From assembly GCA_001724265.1 (NCBI GenBank), contig MEDY01000067.1:1-64000 (forward strand): a stretch of DNA of 64,000 nucleotides, in the 5' to 3' direction. A program made the position numbers and the translations under genes. The notes under the pieces were generated by a model. That model did not search any database. It saw only the letters and a program-made list of their open reading frames with translations, and was not told the DNA's origin. This stretch comes from Rhizaria sp. SCN 62-66. Taxonomy: Eukaryota. This document shows positions 61,087 through 64,000 of this stretch, piece after piece (position 1 is the first letter of the stretch; every line of letters begins with the position of its first letter).

Positions 61087-64000
61087 ATGGCGCCAGGTCC
61101 GCACGAGTCTTGCAGACCGCGCTGCCATTGGAGACCCCCTGCTTCTCTCCATCCTAAATCAGCGGGTCGACACACTTACCTGCATTACTGGCTCTCAGCC
61201 CCATTCGTCGTGGCCATGTTATGTACGTTTCTATGGCTGGCCTGGCTCCTGCCGCCTGCATTTGCGCTGTCATCAGAGCAGGCCGCGCCACGTATCGCGC
61301 ACCCGCCAAATCAAGTGCACCTCGACAAGCGCTTTGGCGTCGCTGTGGAGCCCGGTCTGGAGCTCTTCACGGGCGACGTCATCGTGCTCACGGTCGAGGA
61401 CGCAGCCGTGTACGACTCGGAGTCCGTGTTCCGCGTGTGGGGGCTTGACCGGCTCGGTCAGATCACTTGCCAAGACCCAGCAGTCGAGGCTGCCGCGCTA
61501 GGCGCCAACTACAACGGCGGCACTGGCGCCGATTGGTCCCCGTCTCTAGCCAACATGTTCGTCGTGAGCGTCATCAGCGGCCGGCTGGGCGAGCTCTCGC
61601 TGTCGCCCGTCGTCGCCTTCCCCAACTCACCGAAGTACATCACTCCGCAGCCGCTCTCCCCGCGGTCCGGCGTCGTGCATGACATCGGCGGCGCGGGCTG
61701 GGAGGCCGGGGACGACGTGCTGCGCGTAGCGTCGTTCATCCCGCTGGCGGACCCGATGTACGCGTACGGCACGCACTTCAAGTACTTAGAAGACGGCACG
61801 CAGTACGGATACACGGACGCGCCCGCGCACGACTACGGTTTTACGTCATACTCAAAAGGTTACTCGGGCTCCAGTGCCAGCTACAGCTCAAGCTCGAGCT
61901 CTTCTAGCACGTCGGAGTACGACAGCGGGCGGCTGGCAATCCGCGGGAGCTCGTTCCACGACTTCTGCCGCTGCGACCCCACAACGGGGTACGTCAAGTG
62001 TCGGCACTTGGGTGTGGAGACAATGATGTACCCCACCCCAGAAGTCGTGGGCACGGCGTGGAGCTGGTTCAAAGTGACCAAGATCCCGCACACGGTGGTG
62101 CGGCGCATGCTCGAGAACTACCAGGCAGCCGTGTCCAACGGACTGCCGCGGTCGTTCCTGCTCTTCTCGTCGCTGCCCTTCACGGACCGCATTGACGCGG
62201 TGCACTATCACGGCGCGGAGGCGCAGCTCTCGGTACGCAACGCAACATGAAATAACTTGCAACTATACACATATTACTCCTGTGGTGAACTCCGTGTGCT
62301 ATTCAAGTTGCTCACATCGTTGTTATCGTGTATCTTACCTTATTCGCTCAGTCGCGCCGCGCGTTCCTGGGCCAAAGTCGTGTCGTCACGCGCGGTACGC
62401 GTCTCGAGCAGCAAAGCACGCTTGTTATTGAGAACACCATCACAGACGCAACCACTTTCTCGGTCGACGTGGGTTTCGCTGAAGAAGCACAAATAATGTA
62501 CGTTGATGCTGCTACGCGCATGATAACCTACAGACGTATGACTTGTTGTCACAAAAGAAATATCAATCGCATATCAAACGCAATAGCCAAACTTTCACAT
62601 TATTTTTCGATTCGCCATCTCCTATTTTTCAGAATCGACAACGTTCCTGGTGTTATCCTCCCCGACATCATCGTTCCGGTCCCGCCTGTGGTTCCAAGCG
62701 AGCAAGGTGAGCTGCCCACGCTTGTCGACACTGTCGCGGAGAAACAAGAGGCGCAATCGGTCGCATTAGAGGAGCTCAAAAGTCCTTATGCACACCCACT
62801 TGGCACACTTGATCATGACGATACTCACAACGCCATCAACGATGAAAATGACTCTGCTGATAAAAATGACCGCAGCAAGTTCGATGATAACGGTATTCGC
62901 CGCGCACGCCGGCGCGGCAACAAAGACAGTGCGAATGACTATGGCAGTGACCCAAACAGCAACAGCAAAAACAGCGCTGCTCGTAGCGGCGGCGCAAAGC
63001 CCACCCCGATTGCAAGCACGTTTAAGCGCGCACCAGCCGTTTTTGCTGCGGAGCGCACGCGCCAGGCAATGGCGGTGCTGGAGCACAAGCAGGAAGAAAG
63101 ACGCGAACGTGCCCAGCGCAAACAGTAGCAACGCAGCGCGCGGGGGCGCGGACGCAGGCGCGGAGGTGGACGGGGACGTGGCGGACGACGAGGACGCAGT
63201 GGGGGTGGAAAGACAACAGAGCCCAGCAACGTAGAGAATGCTGTTTCCGATAACGCATCTCCGTTGGACATCTCTCCCACATCCCTATTACGCCTTGCCA
63301 ACAAACTTTCGACGCTATCCGACTTAGCCCCAACTACAGACAAAAACTCAAACTCCCTAGATGTTCCCGCAGATAGCGTCGTCGCGCACAACACAGGTGT
63401 TACTGGTGCAACTGACGACGATGAAACGGCACCCGTGCTGCCAAGCAGCTGGACGCGACGTGGACTGAGTCCTGCTGCTCTTGATGCACTTGCTGCAGTT
63501 GGCGTTCACGGCGACGCGATTGCGCGCACAAATGTCCGTACAATCGGCAGCGAGCATCGCCACATTGTAGTGGCAAAGGACTCAAGTGTGCGCCGTGCGC
63601 CAACTGTGGGCGCTGGACGCAGCGGCGTGCGCGGCACCCTTGGCGTAACTAAGGCATCCGCAATTGCTGCAATCAGCAAACGTGTGAGCACTTTGTCTGT
63701 TGGCAACAGCGATGGTATCGACAGCGATGATGACGATAACAATGACGACGATGTAAGCTCTGATGACAACGATATCGACAACGTTGTATTTACTTCGCCG
63801 CTTCTCTCGAAGACGTTAATGCAACCGCAACCACGTTTTGCTCCGCTCTCGGTGACCGGCATCCCACTGACTAAGACTACAGGAAAGCCCGGCAGCAGTG
63901 ACTCCAACAAAGTGACTGTTGCGCCAGCGCCCGCGCCGCTGGTGTGGAGCGAGCGCAACGATATCGAGTTCACAGGCGGCGTTAACACTCCGGAGGCGCG
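61087..64000 (+). CDS. Unknown protein, 3'-truncated; exons ~61087(or 61216)-62232, 62352-62497, 62633->64000; possible signal peptide; one in-frame TAG at 63126
   Basis: ORF 61087-62250 joins ORF 62328-63128 through intron 62233-62351. After CAG TAG CAA the same frame stays open with no stop to the window end (about 290 codons). The hydrophobic stretch MLCTFLWLAWLLPPAFA starts at ATG 61216. Confidence 0.7.
62233..62351 (+). other. Spliceosomal intron, 119 nt, phase 0
   Basis: GTACGC...TCGCTCAG, AT-rich, contains the TGA that ends ORF 61087-62250. Splicing restores the frame. Confidence 0.8.
62498..62632 (+). other. Probable spliceosomal intron, 135 nt, phase 2, in frame and stop-free
   Basis: GTACGT...CTATTTTTCAG, AT-rich, in the same size class as the other introns. 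Confidence 0.7.

Noticed and set aside
1988-63128. Internal TAGs as 3' ends of introns
   Set aside because: The real introns here are AT-rich with a GTRCG donor and a pyrimidine tract. Sequence upstream of each TAG is GC-rich, open and coding-like. This is not formally excluded without RNA data.
1988-63128. Pyrrolysine or A-to-I editing (UAG to Trp) as the explanation
   Set aside because: Pyrrolysine is not known in eukaryotes and no pyl genes are present. The TAGs sit in disordered, Gln-compatible contexts where Trp is implausible. Editing still needs an RNA check.

Overview
Eukaryotic (protist-like) nuclear DNA. GC-rich, intron-poor coding regions alternate with short AT-rich spacers and AT-rich introns of 116-163 nt. 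I can support 11 protein-coding genes, in almost strictly alternating orientation: beta-tubulin (5' end only, -), an unknown 1311-aa protein (+), a ~8350-aa chromatin protein with three PHD/extended-PHD modules and an Ada3-like segment (-), a coiled-coil protein (+), a SohB-like S49 peptidase (-), a ~4000-aa multi-membrane calcineurin-like metallophosphoesterase (+), BRX1 (-), a secreted acidic (E/D)A-repeat protein (+), mitochondrial uL23 (-), a Sel1-like protein (+) and an unknown gene running off the right end (+). The main finding is evidence for a variant nuclear genetic code in which UAG is a sense codon, probably Gln, while UAA and UGA remain stops. Seven in-frame TAGs interrupt otherwise intact frames in four genes, with no internal TAA or TGA. 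An eighth TAG is directly followed by TGA at a gene end. All nine complete genes can terminate at TAA (7) or TGA (2). Secondary signals are very large Ala-rich insertions inside conserved domains, splice-acceptor-like sites just upstream of start codons (possible trans-splicing), a shared upstream motif and GTRCG intron donors. I saw no tRNA, rRNA, CRISPR array or transposon. Family assignments come from recognised motifs; no database search was run.
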